Shown one piece after another: positions 45,862 through 56,905 of a stretch of 64,000 bases of DNA. Under the pieces are notes generated by a model. It made no database searches, had not been told where the DNA came from, and saw only the letters and a program-made list of their open reading frames with translations. This stretch comes from Alphaproteobacteria bacterium. Its GTDB lineage: Bacteria > Pseudomonadota > Alphaproteobacteria > Rickettsiales > SXRF01. Numbering within the stretch: the stretch's first letter is position 1; every line of letters begins with the position of its first letter. Location of the stretch: the NCBI GenBank assembly GCA_020054105.1, contig JAGVLW010000107.1:4645-68644 (forward strand). Direction: 5' to 3'. A program made the position numbers and the translations under genes.

Positions 45862-46809
45862 ATGCGTATCATCCGCGATTTCGATCACCTTCCGCCCGCC
45901 TTCAAAGGCGCGCATATCGCGCTGGGGAATTTCGACGGCGTGCATCTGGGCCATCGCGCCATCCTTAGCGCCTGCATTGCCGGCGCCAAGGCGCAAGGCG
46001 CCAAGGCGGCGGTGATGACGTTCGAGCCGCACCCGCGGGAATTTTTTGCCCGCAACCCGGAAAAATTGCGCATCTATCCGCTGGCGCGCAAGCTCGAATT
46101 GCTGCGCGATTGCGGCATCGATTGCGTTTACGTCGTACGTTTCAACGCACGCTTCGCCGCCACCAGCGCGCATGATTTCATCGAGACACTGCTGCATAAA
46201 AAACTGGCGGTGCGCCATGTGGTGACCGGCTATAATTTCGCCTTCGGCAACCACCGCCAGGGTAACACGGCGTTTCTGGCGCAGATGGCCGAAAGCCTCG
46301 GCTTCGGCTACAGCGCCGTCGATCCGGTGCATGACGCGCACGGCAACAGCATCTCGTCGAGCGCCGTGCGCGACGCGCTGGCGCAAGGCGACATGCAGGC
46401 AGCGAGCGGCATGCTCGGCCAGCCCTACACGATCACGGGCAGGGTGAAAAAAGGCGACGGGCGGGGCCGGGGGCTGGGATTTCCTACCGCCAACCTGGCA
46501 CTTTCCGGTTTGCTGTGGCCGCGTTTCGGCGTTTACGGCGTGCGCGTCGCGCTCGACGATCAAATCATCGACGGCGTCGCCAATCTCGGCGTCAAGCCGA
46601 CTTTTCCCGGAGCCGCGCCGCTTCTGGAGGTGCATTGCTTCGGCATTGACCGCGACCTGGTCGGTAAAAAAATCCGCGTGGAGTTGCGCGATTTCCTGCG
46701 CGAGGAACAGAAATTCGCCTCCCTCGACGCGCTCAAAACCCAGATCGCCCGTGACTGCGAGCAGGCGAAAGAACGCCTTTCACTCAACGCGTCAAAAATT
46801 GGTGCCTAA
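45862..46809 (+). CDS. ribF: bifunctional riboflavin kinase / FMN adenylyltransferase
   Basis: IALGNFDGVHLGHRAIL, MTFEPHPREFF, and the C-terminal kinase domain (GRGLGFPTANL...LEVHCFG...RVELRDFLREEQKF). The start is moved to ATG 45862. Confidence 0.9.
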   Translation: MRIIRDFDHLPPAFKGAHIALGNFDGVHLGHRAILSACIAGAKAQGAKAAVMTFEPHPREFFARNPEKLRIYPLARKLELLRDCGIDCVYVVRFNARFAATSAHDFIETLLHKKLAVRHVVTGYNFAFGNHRQGNTAFLAQMAESLGFGYSAVDPVHDAHGNSISSSAVRDALAQGDMQAASGMLGQPYTITGRVKKGDGRGRGLGFPTANLALSGLLWPRFGVYGVRVALDDQIIDGVANLGVKPTFPGAAPLLEVHCFGIDRDLVGKKIRVELRDFLREEQKFASLDALKTQIARDCEQAKERLSLNASKIGA

Positions 46810-47034
46810 AAGAATGTTCGACCACATAGGTATCCATATCCCGCAAGTCAGCAAAAATAGATAAATAAGGGCCCAGGCGATGAAAGAGAGGAAGCCTCGG
46901 AAATAGCGGTTCTTAGGCCAGGGAGGTCTTCCTGATTTTTTTCTGCGCGAGCTGTGAAAAAGCCAGCCTGCGCCCGCCAAACAGCCCATAACCAAAACTG
47001 CGTTGATAAAAAGTAGCCCTGCGCCTAATCCCAT
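46792..47034 (-). CDS. possible small two-TM membrane protein
   Basis: 80-aa ORF in an AT-rich spacer, overlapping the ribF 3' end by 18 nt. It has two hydrophobic segments but no SD or homology that I can see. Confidence 0.25.
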   Translation of the reverse strand: MGLGAGLLFINAVLVMGCLAGAGWLFHSSRRKKSGRPPWPKNRYFRGFLSFIAWALIYLFLLTCGIWIPMWSNILLGTNF

Positions 47035-47167
47035 GAGAAAATCCCAGCGTTCGGTTAATGACGTTGAAGTGTGAGAGCTTTTTTGATTTAGTCTTGTATT
47101 GCTGCCGTCCTCGTCAGCAAATGTATTTAAATCAAAAATGCGAAAAACACTACTTTAAAGCACAGTT

Positions 47168-47653
47168 ATGACACGATATTTTCCCAAACCCGCGTTTTTT
47201 GGCCTCTTTATCGCCATCGCCGCCTTGGCCTTCGACCAGCTGCATAAATGGTGGATGCTGGAGATTGTGTCCATCGGCACGCAGGACGCCATCGCGGTCG
47301 CGCCGTTTTTCAACCTGGTGCTGGTGTGGAACCGCGGGGTCAGCTTCGGCCTGTTCGCCGGGCACAACCAGCCTTACCTACTCGTCGCCATCGCACTGGT
47401 CCTGGTTGCGGTGCTGAGCGTCTGGCTCAGGAAAATCACCGTGCCGGCGGAAGCGGCCGCCATCGGGCTGGTGATCGGCGGGGCGCTGGGCAACGTCATC
47501 GACCGGCTGCGCTTTGGCGCCGTGGCCGATTTTTTCGACCTGCACGCGGCAGGCTATCACTGGCCGGCCTTCAACATCGCCGATAGCTGCATCTTTATAG
47601 GGGTTGTAGTTTTATGCGCGCGCAGTATGTTTACCGGGTCAAAATCTGCATAA
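47168..47653 (+). CDS. lspA: lipoprotein signal peptidase II
   Basis: LVWNRGVSFG, GNVIDRLRFGAVADF and AFNIADSCI are the LspA conserved boxes. Confidence 0.9.
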   Translation: MTRYFPKPAFFGLFIAIAALAFDQLHKWWMLEIVSIGTQDAIAVAPFFNLVLVWNRGVSFGLFAGHNQPYLLVAIALVLVAVLSVWLRKITVPAEAAAIGLVIGGALGNVIDRLRFGAVADFFDLHAAGYHWPAFNIADSCIFIGVVVLCARSMFTGSKSA

Positions 47654-47667
47654 CGAGGAAAAGCCTT

Positions 47668-48300
47668 ATGAACCATGCACGTTATCTGGTGTTCGCGGCG
47701 CTGGCGCTTGGCGCCTGCGACGGCGGCTCCGTCAAGGACACGCTGGGGCTGAGCAAAAAAGCGCCCGATGAATTCCGCGTGGTTTCGCGGCCGGCGCTGT
47801 CGGTGCCGCCGCAATTCAACCTGCGCCCGCCGAGCATTTCCGACGTCTCCCCCACCCACACACCCGCCGACCGCCAGGCGCAATCGCTGGTGCTGGGCAC
47901 GCCGCTTAACAGCCAATCGGGCGATACCTATTCGCTGGAGCCTCCTACCGACGCCGCCGTCATGCCGGTGCAGGCCGGCCCGGTCGGTAGCGCCAAGCCT
48001 CTTGGCGCCGCCACGCCCGGCGAATCGCAGCTGCTCAAAAACGCCGGCGCCGCGCAGGCCGACCCGAGAGTGCGGCAGCAGCTGACGGAAGAAAAAAACA
48101 GCATCGTGACGCAGGAGGAAGAAAGCAGCTGGTGGGACATCATGGGCAGCAAGCAGCAAAAAGAGCCGCTGGTGGACGCCAAGGGCGAGGCCAACCGCAT
48201 CGAGCAAAACAAAGCCCAGGGCAAGCCGGTGACCGAAGGCGAAACGCCGGAAACTAAGGGCCGCGATACCGGAACGCTGGGCAGGATTTTGGGATATTGA
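47668..48300 (+). CDS. DUF3035-family lipoprotein (BamF-like)
   Basis: Lipobox LGAC followed by LGLSKKAPDEFRVVSRPALSVPPQFNLRPP, the DUF3035 signature as I recall it. The start is moved to ATG 47668. Confidence 0.65.
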   Translation: MNHARYLVFAALALGACDGGSVKDTLGLSKKAPDEFRVVSRPALSVPPQFNLRPPSISDVSPTHTPADRQAQSLVLGTPLNSQSGDTYSLEPPTDAAVMPVQAGPVGSAKPLGAATPGESQLLKNAGAAQADPRVRQQLTEEKNSIVTQEEESSWWDIMGSKQQKEPLVDAKGEANRIEQNKAQGKPVTEGETPETKGRDTGTLGRILGY

Positions 48301-49661
48301 CCGTGAGTGCTTGCGCAAAAAAATGGCCGGCACTGATGCTTCTGGCCGCCGGATTATTTTCTACGCCGCTTAGCGCACAGACCGCGCCGGTTGTCGAGAG
48401 CTTCACGCTTAGCAACGGCATGGAGGTCATCGTCATCGAGAACCACCGCATTCCCGCCGTCAGCCACACGCTGTGGTTTCGCGTCGGCGCCGCCGACGAT
48501 CCGCCGGGAAAATCCGGCATCGCGCATTACCACGAGCATATGATGTTCCAGGGCGCACAAAAATATCCCGCCGGCAAATATGAGGAGCTGGTCGCCCGCT
48601 ATGGCGGCGAGCAAAACGCCTTCACCGGCCGCGACACCACCGCCTATTACATCCATATCGGCAAAGACCGCCTGCCGATGGCGATGGAGCTGGAAGCCGA
48701 CCGGATGCGCGGCCTGACCGCCAGCGACGCCGGCAGCGACAAGGAAAAACAGGTCATCATCGAAGAGCGCCGCCAGCGCATCGAAAACAACCCGGAGGCA
48801 CTGCTCGACGAACAGATCGACGCCGCACTTTTCCGCCATCATCCTTACCGCATCCCGGTCATCGGCTGGATGCATGAAATGGCCGGGCTGACCAAAAAAG
48901 ACGTGCTCGATTTCCACCAACGCTACTACCATCCCAACAACGCCATCTTGATCGTCAGCGGCGACATCACCGCCAAAGAGCTGCGGCCATTGGCGCAGAA
49001 ATATTACGGCGGGCTGGCGCGGGGAAAATTGCCCGAGCGGCGCTGGAACGCCGAGCCGCCGCAAAATAACGCGCGGCGCATCACCATGCATCATCCCAAC
49101 GTCAAGCAGCCGCTGCTCAAGCGCAGCTACATGGCGTCGAGCCTCGGCTATGGCAGCAAGGAAGACGCGCTGCCGCTGATGGCGCTGTCGCAGATGCTGG
49201 GCAGCGGCAAAACCAGCCGCCTCTACCAGGCGCTGGTAGTCGAGGAGAAACTCGCCAGCAACGCCGACGTGTCCTATAATGGTTTTTCGATCGGCCCGGC
49301 GGTATTCGCCATCGAAGTCACGCCGGAAAAAGATGTTGATCCGGCGGCGGTGGAAAAGGCGCTCGACAAAGCCCTGGCGAAGCTGATTGCGGAGGGCATC
49401 ACCGATGCCGAGCTCATCCGCGCCAAAACCCAGCTCAAGGCCGAGGCAATTTATGCGCGCGACGGGCTGGCCGGCATGGCGCGCATCATGGGCTGGCTGC
49501 GTATCGCCGGATTGGATGCCGACTATTTTGCCCGCTGGCCGGCGCTCATCGACGGCATCACCAAGGAGCAGATCGTCAACGGCGCCAAGCATAGCTGGCA
49601 GATCAACCAGTCGGTGACCGCGCTGCTATTGCCGCCGGTCGCGCAGGAGAAAACGCCATGA
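48297..49661 (+). CDS. M16-family zinc peptidase (active subunit)
   Basis: Signal peptide, and an HYHEH inverted zincin motif (HxxEH) in IAHYHEHMMFQG. Confidence 0.85.
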   Translation: MTVSACAKKWPALMLLAAGLFSTPLSAQTAPVVESFTLSNGMEVIVIENHRIPAVSHTLWFRVGAADDPPGKSGIAHYHEHMMFQGAQKYPAGKYEELVARYGGEQNAFTGRDTTAYYIHIGKDRLPMAMELEADRMRGLTASDAGSDKEKQVIIEERRQRIENNPEALLDEQIDAALFRHHPYRIPVIGWMHEMAGLTKKDVLDFHQRYYHPNNAILIVSGDITAKELRPLAQKYYGGLARGKLPERRWNAEPPQNNARRITMHHPNVKQPLLKRSYMASSLGYGSKEDALPLMALSQMLGSGKTSRLYQALVVEEKLASNADVSYNGFSIGPAVFAIEVTPEKDVDPAAVEKALDKALAKLIAEGITDAELIRAKTQLKAEAIYARDGLAGMARIMGWLRIAGLDADYFARWPALIDGITKEQIVNGAKHSWQINQSVTALLLPPVAQEKTP

Positions 49662-51016
49662 TCCGCAAACTTGCTTTTGCTTTGGCCCTGTGCGTGTGCA
49701 CGTCCGCCGCTTACGCGAGCTCGGTGCAAGAGGTGATAAGCCCGAAAGGGTTCAAGGCCTGGCTGGTGGAAGAGCATAGCCTGCCGCTGGTCGCCATCCG
49801 CATCGCCTTCAAAGGCAGCGGCTTCGCCTACGACCCGAAAGGCCGCGAGGGCCGCGCCAGCCTGACGGCGGCGATGCTGATGGAAGGCGCCGGCGACATG
49901 AACCAGCTGGCCTGGAGCGAGGCGCTGGAATCGCACGCCATGCAGATGAATACGAGCGCCGACGAAGACACGCTCGATTTGAGCATGGAAACGCTTGGCG
50001 AGCATAAAGACCTCGCCTTTTCCTATCTCGGCCTGGCCATGACGAAGCCGCGTTTCGACGGCAGCGCCATCGAACGCGGCCAGAAACAATTCATTTCGCT
50101 ACTGACGAAAAAAGAGCAGCAGCCCGGCTATCTGCTCGAAAAAGCCTGGAAGAAAGCGGCGTTCGGCAGCCATCCTTATGCCAACGATCAGTTGGGAAAT
50201 CCCGATTCCGTGGATGATCTTTCCGCTTCGGATTTGCGCTATGTTACCGAACATTACTTGACCAAGGAAAATATCGTGATCGCCGTTGTCGGCGACATCA
50301 CGCCCGCCGATCTCAGCCGGCTGATGGATGCGCATTTCTCCGGCCTGCCGGAAAAATACGCGCCCGACGTCACGCTGACCGACGTGCAGATCGCCGGCGA
50401 CGACGGGCCGATCGTCATCGAGCACGGCATCCCGCAGACCATCGTGTTTTTCGGCGGGCAGGGACTCAAGCGCAACGACCCCGACTATTTCACCGGCTAC
50501 GTCATGAACCATATTTTAGGCGGCGGCAGCCTGACTTCGCTGCTGGCAACCGAGATACGCGAGCGGCGCGGACTGACCTATTCGGTGTCGTCGCAAATGC
50601 AACCGCTCAAACATGCCAGCACTTGGCGCGGCGCTTTTTCCACCCGCAACGACCAGCTGCGCACCGCCGTCAACGTGATGCTGGCCACGCTCGAAGCCTT
50701 CGCGGCAAAAGGCCCGACCGACGACGAGGTGCGCGATGCCAAAAGCTACATCGTCGATTCCTTCGCGCTTAATCTCGACGGCAATGCCGACCTCGCCAAC
50801 TTCCTCATCAACATGCAGGTCAATAACCTCGGCATCGATTACATGGAGCGCCGTAAATCGCTGATAGAGGCGGTGCGCAAGGAAGATATCGAGGACATGG
50901 CCAAGCGCCTCATCGACACGGAAAAAATGCTGCTGCTGATGATCGGCAAGCCGCCGCCCGCCGCGCCGCTGGCGATACAAATTGCGCCGGCATCCGCAGA
51001 CGAAAAGCCGCAATAA
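49658..51016 (+). CDS. M16-family peptidase (non-catalytic partner, no HxxEH)
   Basis: Signal peptide and an M16-like fold sequence lacking HxxEH. ATGA overlap with the upstream M16 gene. Confidence 0.8.
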   Translation: MIRKLAFALALCVCTSAAYASSVQEVISPKGFKAWLVEEHSLPLVAIRIAFKGSGFAYDPKGREGRASLTAAMLMEGAGDMNQLAWSEALESHAMQMNTSADEDTLDLSMETLGEHKDLAFSYLGLAMTKPRFDGSAIERGQKQFISLLTKKEQQPGYLLEKAWKKAAFGSHPYANDQLGNPDSVDDLSASDLRYVTEHYLTKENIVIAVVGDITPADLSRLMDAHFSGLPEKYAPDVTLTDVQIAGDDGPIVIEHGIPQTIVFFGGQGLKRNDPDYFTGYVMNHILGGGSLTSLLATEIRERRGLTYSVSSQMQPLKHASTWRGAFSTRNDQLRTAVNVMLATLEAFAAKGPTDDEVRDAKSYIVDSFALNLDGNADLANFLINMQVNNLGIDYMERRKSLIEAVRKEDIEDMAKRLIDTEKMLLLMIGKPPPAAPLAIQIAPASADEKPQ

Positions 51017-51019
51017 GCC

Positions 51020-52270
51020 ATGTATTTCAGTCATCGCATCAACGATGGTTTCGAGAAAACGCGGACGGACGCGCTGCTGGCGCAGCTGCAGCCGGCGCTT
51101 GCGCGCCTGCAATCGCGCCGCAACCTTGAGGCGACGCCGCTGCTGGAGTTGCCGTTTCGCAGCGACGACATAGCCGCGCTGGAAACATTGGCGGCAAAAA
51201 TACGCGGCCGCTACAAGCATGTCGTCATCGCCGGCGCCGGCGGCTCCGGGCTTGGCGGCAAGGCGCTATGCGCCTTTGCGCCTACGCATTTGTCGCCGCG
51301 CCTGCATTTTCTCGAAAATATCGACCCCGACAGTATCGCGCAGACGCTGGCGCAGATCGACGCGAAAGACACCTGCTTTATCGTCATCAGCAAATCGGGA
51401 AGCACCGTCGAGACGCTCGGCCATTTCCACGTGCTGCTCGAACATGCGAAAGCGGCGATAGGCGAAGCGCATTTCGCCGAACAGTTCATCGTCATTACCA
51501 CGGCGGCACATAATCCGATGCGCGCCACCGCCAGCCATTACGGCATGCCTGTGCTCGATCATGCGGATAATATCGGCGGGCGTTTTTCCGTGCTCACCAA
51601 TGTTGGATTGCTACCCGCCGCCATCGCCGGGCTCGACATACGCTCCCTGCGCAAAGGCGCTGCCGCCATTGTCAAAATGCTCGACGCGGCAACAACGCCC
51701 GCCGATTGCGAAAGCGCGCTGGGCGCTGCCTTGCAATATGGCTTCATGGAAAAAGGCTGCAACGTCAGCGTCATGATTCCCTATAGCGAACGACTGTCCG
51801 GTTTTTCGAGTTGGTACCGGCAAAGCTGGGCCGAAAGCCTCGGCAAGGCCGGCAAGGGCACGACGCCGATCCGCGCCGTCGGCACCACCGACCAGCACAG
51901 CCAGCTCCAGCTTTATCTCGACGGGCCCAAGGACAAGCTCTTTCACCTCATCACCGTAAAACGCGCCGGCACCGGCCAGTGCATTCGCCTTCCCGGCCCG
52001 TCGGAATTTTCCTATCTCGACGGCAAAACCACCGGCGACATCATGGAAGCGCAGCAGCAGGCCACCCTCGCAACACTGATCCAGCACCGCTGCCCGGTGC
52101 GCCATTTCGCGCTGGAGAAACTCGACGAAGAACATCTGGGCGCGCTGTTCATGCATTTCACGCTGGAAATTATTTTCATGGCCGAGCTGTTGGGTTGCAA
52201 CCCGTTCGACCAGCCCGCCGTCGAGGAAAGCAAGCGCCTGTCGCGCCAACATATGCAGGGCGGCCTATGA
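51020..52270 (+). CDS. pgi: glucose-6-phosphate isomerase (short bacterial type)
   Basis: VIAGAGGSGLGGKAL, IVISKSGSTVETL, GGRFSVL, and the TDQHSQLQLYLDGP motif. Confidence 0.85.
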   Translation: MYFSHRINDGFEKTRTDALLAQLQPALARLQSRRNLEATPLLELPFRSDDIAALETLAAKIRGRYKHVVIAGAGGSGLGGKALCAFAPTHLSPRLHFLENIDPDSIAQTLAQIDAKDTCFIVISKSGSTVETLGHFHVLLEHAKAAIGEAHFAEQFIVITTAAHNPMRATASHYGMPVLDHADNIGGRFSVLTNVGLLPAAIAGLDIRSLRKGAAAIVKMLDAATTPADCESALGAALQYGFMEKGCNVSVMIPYSERLSGFSSWYRQSWAESLGKAGKGTTPIRAVGTTDQHSQLQLYLDGPKDKLFHLITVKRAGTGQCIRLPGPSEFSYLDGKTTGDIMEAQQQATLATLIQHRCPVRHFALEKLDEEHLGALFMHFTLEIIFMAELLGCNPFDQPAVEESKRLSRQHMQGGL

Positions 52271-54072
52271 GCAACATCCGCATCCTGCCGCCCACCTTGG
52301 TCAACCGCATCGCCGCCGGCGAGGTGATCGAGCGCCCGGCCTCGGCCCTCAAGGAGCTGGTGGAAAACGCCATCGATGCCGGCGCCACGCGCATCGACAT
52401 CCGCATCGAGCAGGCCGGGAAAAACCGCATCGTCGTGCAGGATAACGGCAAGGGCATGAGCAAGGAAGAGCTGGCGCTGTGCGTCGCCCGCCACGCCACC
52501 TCGAAGCTGCCCGGCGACGATCTGCTCGACATACAATTTCTCGGCTTCCGCGGCGAGGCGCTGCCGTCCATCGGCTCTGTCAGCCGCATGCGCATCGAAA
52601 GCCGCACGGCAAGCGCCGAGCATGGCTGGGGCATCCGCATCGAAGGCGGCGATGTCGGCGCCACTTTACCGTCGTCGATAGCGTCGGGCACGCGCGTCGA
52701 AGTCAGCGATTTATTTTACGCAACGCCGGCGCGGCTCAAATTCCTCAAAAGCGACCGCACGGAAATTGCAAGCGCGCTCGACATCGCAAGCCGCCTGGCG
52801 ATGGCGCATCCGCATATCGCTTTCACGCTCATCTCCGACGAGAAAACATTGCTCAATGTCGAAAGCGGCCAGGGCGATCTACTCGATAGCCGCCTGCACC
52901 GGCTGCGCGCGCTGATGGGAAATGGCTTTGCCGAAAACGCCCTGCCGCTCGACGCTACGCGCGAGACCATCCGCCTGACCGGTTTTGCGGCGCTGCCGAC
53001 CTACAATCGCGGCACGTCGGCGGAACAATATCTGTTCGTCGGCGGCCGGCCGGTGCGCGACCGCATGCTGCTTGGTATCGTCCGCGCCGCCTACCAGGAC
53101 GTGCTGGCGCATGACCGCCATCCGGTCGTGGTGCTGTTTCTCGAATTGCCGTCATCGGACGTCGACGTCAACGTCCATCCCGCCAAGGCCGAGGTGCGCT
53201 TCCGCGACAACCAATTGCTGCGCGGCCTGATGATCGGCGCCATCAAGCATGCGCTCGCCGATGCCGGATTTCGCGCCTCGTCGAGCGTCAGCGCGCAGGC
53301 ACTGGAGCATTTTGCCGTGCCGCACGGCGCGCCGCCGCAATACGCCTATGCCATGCCGCAGCACGGTTTCCAGGAAGCGCCGATGCGCAGCTTCCAACCG
53401 CTAGGCCAAACCCAGACGGCCTTGCTCGACCCGGCGCCGCCACTGGCCAGGCCGGCGCAGGAAACAACGACCGCCCAGGACTATACGCTGTATCCGCTGG
53501 GCGCGGCGCGTTGCCAATTGCACCAGACCTATATCGTCGCCGAGACCGTCGATGGATTGGTGGTTGTCGACCAGCACGCGGCGCATGAACGGCTGGTGCA
53601 TGAGACGATCAAGGCGTCGCTGGCACAAAACGGCATCGCGCGCCAGAAATTGCTGATTCCGGAAGTGGTGGCGATCGGCGACGCGGCCACGGAAGCGTTG
53701 CTCGCCAGGAGCGAGGAGCTGCTCGCGTTCGGGCTGGCCATCGAAGGTTTCGGCCACGGCACGGTGATGGTGCGCGAGATTCCGGCGATGCTGGGCGGCC
53801 TCGACGTGGCGGGCCTGGTGCGCGAGCTGGCCGATAATATCGGCGAGTTCGGCGAGGCCCTGGCGCTTAAGGATCGCATCGAGAAACTCTCCGGCACCAT
53901 CGCCTGCCACGGCAGCGTGCGCGCGGGCCGCAGCCTCAACGTCGCCGAAATGAACGCGCTGCTGCGCCAGATGGAGCGCACGCCGAACTCCGGCCAATGC
54001 AATCATGGACGGCCGACCTATATTGAACTAAAACGAAAAGACATCGAAAAACTATTTGGGAGAAGGGGATGA
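52267..54072 (+). CDS. mutL: DNA mismatch repair protein MutL
   Basis: MSNIRILPPTLVNRIAAGEVIERPASALKELVENAIDAG is the GHKL N-terminus, and CNHGRPT lies at the C-terminus. The start is set at ATG 52267 (ATGA overlap with pgi). The track's 753-aa ORF extends spuriously upstream through pgi. Confidence 0.92.
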   Translation: MSNIRILPPTLVNRIAAGEVIERPASALKELVENAIDAGATRIDIRIEQAGKNRIVVQDNGKGMSKEELALCVARHATSKLPGDDLLDIQFLGFRGEALPSIGSVSRMRIESRTASAEHGWGIRIEGGDVGATLPSSIASGTRVEVSDLFYATPARLKFLKSDRTEIASALDIASRLAMAHPHIAFTLISDEKTLLNVESGQGDLLDSRLHRLRALMGNGFAENALPLDATRETIRLTGFAALPTYNRGTSAEQYLFVGGRPVRDRMLLGIVRAAYQDVLAHDRHPVVVLFLELPSSDVDVNVHPAKAEVRFRDNQLLRGLMIGAIKHALADAGFRASSSVSAQALEHFAVPHGAPPQYAYAMPQHGFQEAPMRSFQPLGQTQTALLDPAPPLARPAQETTTAQDYTLYPLGAARCQLHQTYIVAETVDGLVVVDQHAAHERLVHETIKASLAQNGIARQKLLIPEVVAIGDAATEALLARSEELLAFGLAIEGFGHGTVMVREIPAMLGGLDVAGLVRELADNIGEFGEALALKDRIEKLSGTIACHGSVRAGRSLNVAEMNALLRQMERTPNSGQCNHGRPTYIELKRKDIEKLFGRRG

Positions 54073-55046
54073 TTCTCTCGATCATCATGACCATCGCCGC
54101 TTTCCTGCTGACGCTGCTGGGCACGCGCGTGGCGATCCTGGCGCGGCGCAATCGCGCAGCGCCGCTGGATATCGCGGCGCTGCGCAAAAAGCAATCGGCG
54201 GCGCCTCGGGGCGGCGGCATCGTCATGGCATTTGCCATCGTCATCTGCCTGCTGATCGCCGATGTCGGCTATCCGCTGATCCTGTGCCTGCTGCTGCTTA
54301 CCGCCATCTCGCTGCTGCACAGTATCATTGCCGTAGCGAAACCCATCCGGCTGCTCGTGCAGTTGCTGGCGGTAATGATTGCAATGAGCGCCATGCCGCA
54401 CGGGCTTTTTAGCACCTTCCTGCCGCAGGCGGCGGACAAAACGCTGACCGCTTTAGTTTGGCTGTGGTTCATCCATTCCTTCCGCGTGCTCGACAAGGCC
54501 GACGGATTATGCGCGTCGGTGACGGCCGCCATCGGCGCCGGGCTGGTGCTGGTGCTGGCCATGGCCGGGCAGTTTCCCAACATCGTCTCGACCATCGGCC
54601 TGGTCACAGCCGGCAGCGGCGTCGGGTTTTTGTGGTGGAACTGGCATCCCGCCCGGATTTTCATGAACGATGTCGGCAGCATTCCGGTCGGCTTCCTGCT
54701 CGGCTACGCGCTGCTGCTGACCGCCGGCGGCGGCTATCTCGCCGCTTCGGCGATTCTTGCCGCCTATGTGCTGTGCGATAGCAGCATCACCTTTATCCGC
54801 AAGCTGTATTCCAAATCGGCGCATGGCGACCATTATTACCGGCGCGCCATGGCATCCGGCCGGTCGCAAGGGTCGATCGTGCGCTATGTCGTCGGCGTGC
54901 ATATGTTGCTGATGGCGCTGGCCATCTATGCGATCATTGCTCCCGAAATCGCCATGCTGCCAGTGGCGCTGGCCTATTTCGCCGTCTTCATGCTACTGGG
55001 TTTTTTTGCGCATACCTCCCATGATGCTTTCCGACACACGCTTTAA
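54069..55046 (+). CDS. glycosyltransferase family 4 (WecA/WbpL/MraY-like polyprenyl-phosphate sugar-1-phosphate transferase)
   Basis: Polytopic membrane protein with NWHPARIFMNDVGSIPVGFLLG (the FMGD/NDxGS motif) and VLDKADGL. Confidence 0.8.
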   Translation: MILSIIMTIAAFLLTLLGTRVAILARRNRAAPLDIAALRKKQSAAPRGGGIVMAFAIVICLLIADVGYPLILCLLLLTAISLLHSIIAVAKPIRLLVQLLAVMIAMSAMPHGLFSTFLPQAADKTLTALVWLWFIHSFRVLDKADGLCASVTAAIGAGLVLVLAMAGQFPNIVSTIGLVTAGSGVGFLWWNWHPARIFMNDVGSIPVGFLLGYALLLTAGGGYLAASAILAAYVLCDSSITFIRKLYSKSAHGDHYYRRAMASGRSQGSIVRYVVGVHMLLMALAIYAIIAPEIAMLPVALAYFAVFMLLGFFAHTSHDAFRHTL

Positions 55047-56905
55047 CCGCAACGTCATCGCCGCCCTGTTCGACGCGACGATGGCGGCGGCGAGCTTCAT
55101 CCTGTCGATCTATATCCGCCTGGGCGAAGACCGGCTGGACATGGCGGAAACTTTCATACGCCAGGGCACGGTCTTGTTCACTGTCATCTGCATCGGCGTC
55201 TTCGTCTATATGCGGTTTTACCGCGGGCTGTGGCGCTATGCTTCGCTGCGCGATTTAGTGACCATCGCCCAGTCGGTGACGCTGGCCATCCTGATTTTCG
55301 CGGTCGTGCTGTTTGCGATCAACCGGCTGGAGAATGTGCCGCGCTCGTTGTTTTTCATCAACTGGATGCTGCTGGTGTTCCTGCTCGGCGGGCCGCGCTT
55401 TCTCTACCGCGCCGTCAAGGATCGCACGCTTAAATGGGAGCTGCGCCTCGACGAGACCGTCAAAATCCCGGTGCTGCTCATCGGCGCCAACGACAATGCC
55501 GAGCAGTTCATCCGCGACATGGCGCGCGACCACGGCGCACCGTACGAAGTCGTGGGCATCGTCGATGACGACCCCAGCCGCAAGGGCCGTTCGATCCACG
55601 GGGTGATGATTTTCGGCGCGGCGGATATCCTGCCGACCATCGTGCGCAAGCTGACGCGCAAGGGTAAGCAGCCGCAAAAAATGATCCTCGCCGACGACAA
55701 GGCCAGCGGCAGCAGCGTGCGCTCGCTGCCTGGCGTCGCCGACGAGCTGGGCATTCCGCTGGCGCGCCTGCCCAAGCTCAGCCAGTTCAAGGCCGGCGTC
55801 AGCGAGAAGCCCGACATCCAGCCGATCGCCATCGAAGATTTGCTCGGGCGCCCGCAAAACGTGCTCGACCGCGACGCCATGCGCCGCCTCGTCGAGGGCA
55901 AGATCGTCCTGGTGACCGGCTGCGGCGGCACCATCGGCGGCGAGCTTTCGCGCCAGATCGCCTCGTACGGCCCGGCCAAACTGGTGCTGGTCGAGATGGG
56001 CGAATTCAACCTCTACCAGATCGAGCGCGAGATACGCGGCACGTTTCCCGGCCTGCCGCTTTCGGCCCTGTTATGCGACGTGCGCAACGTCGCCCATATC
56101 GACGCGATTTTCACGCAGCACCGCCCGCAGCTCGTCTTGCACGCCGCCGCCATCAAACACGTTCCGCTATCGGAACAAAATATCGAGGAGGCGGTGTTGA
56201 CCAACGTGTTCGGCACGCGCTGCATCGCCCAGGCCTGCGCGGCTCATAAGGTCGAGGCGATGGTGATGATCTCAACCGACAAGGCCGTCAACCCCACCAA
56301 CGTCATGGGCGCCAGCAAACGCCTGGCCGAGAGTTTCTGCCAGGCGCTGGGGCAATCGCAAAAAGACGAGGGGCAGACGAAATTCATCACCGTGCGTTTC
56401 GGCAACGTGCTTGGCTCCACCGGCTCGGTCGTGCCGCTCTTTCAGGAACAAATCAGCAAGGGCGGGCCGATCACCGTCACCCATCCCGACGTCACCCGCT
56501 ATTTCATGACCGTGCGCGAGGCCGTCGAGTTGGTACTGCAGGCGGCGGCGCTCGGCCGGGCCATGGCGGGGCGCAACGAGGTCATTTTCGTGCTCGATAT
56601 GGGCCAGCCCGTGCGCATCGCCGACCTGGCGATGCAGATGATCCGCCTGACCGGGCTGCGGCCGGACGAGGACATCAAAATCGCCTATACCGGCCTGCGC
56701 CCCGGCGAGAAGCTCTATGAAGAGCTGTTCCATTTCTCGGAAAACGCCGCTAAAACCGATCATGCGAGCATTTTCCTGGCCTCGCCGCGCTTTGTCGAGA
56801 TGAGCGGCTTGCATAAAAGCCTGGATCGGTTATTTTCCGCCTGCTGCGAGCGCAATGCCGCCGAGGCCCTCGCCGTCTTGAAACAATTGGTGCCCGAATT
56901 TTCCC

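Noticed and set aside
51811-52266. The track's 753-aa version of MutL, which starts 456 nt upstream inside pgi.
   Set aside because: The extra 150 residues are Arg/Pro/His-rich out-of-frame read-through of pgi. The canonical MutL N-terminus (MSNIRILPPTLVNRIAAGEV) starts at ATG 52267, which overlaps the pgi stop as ATGA.
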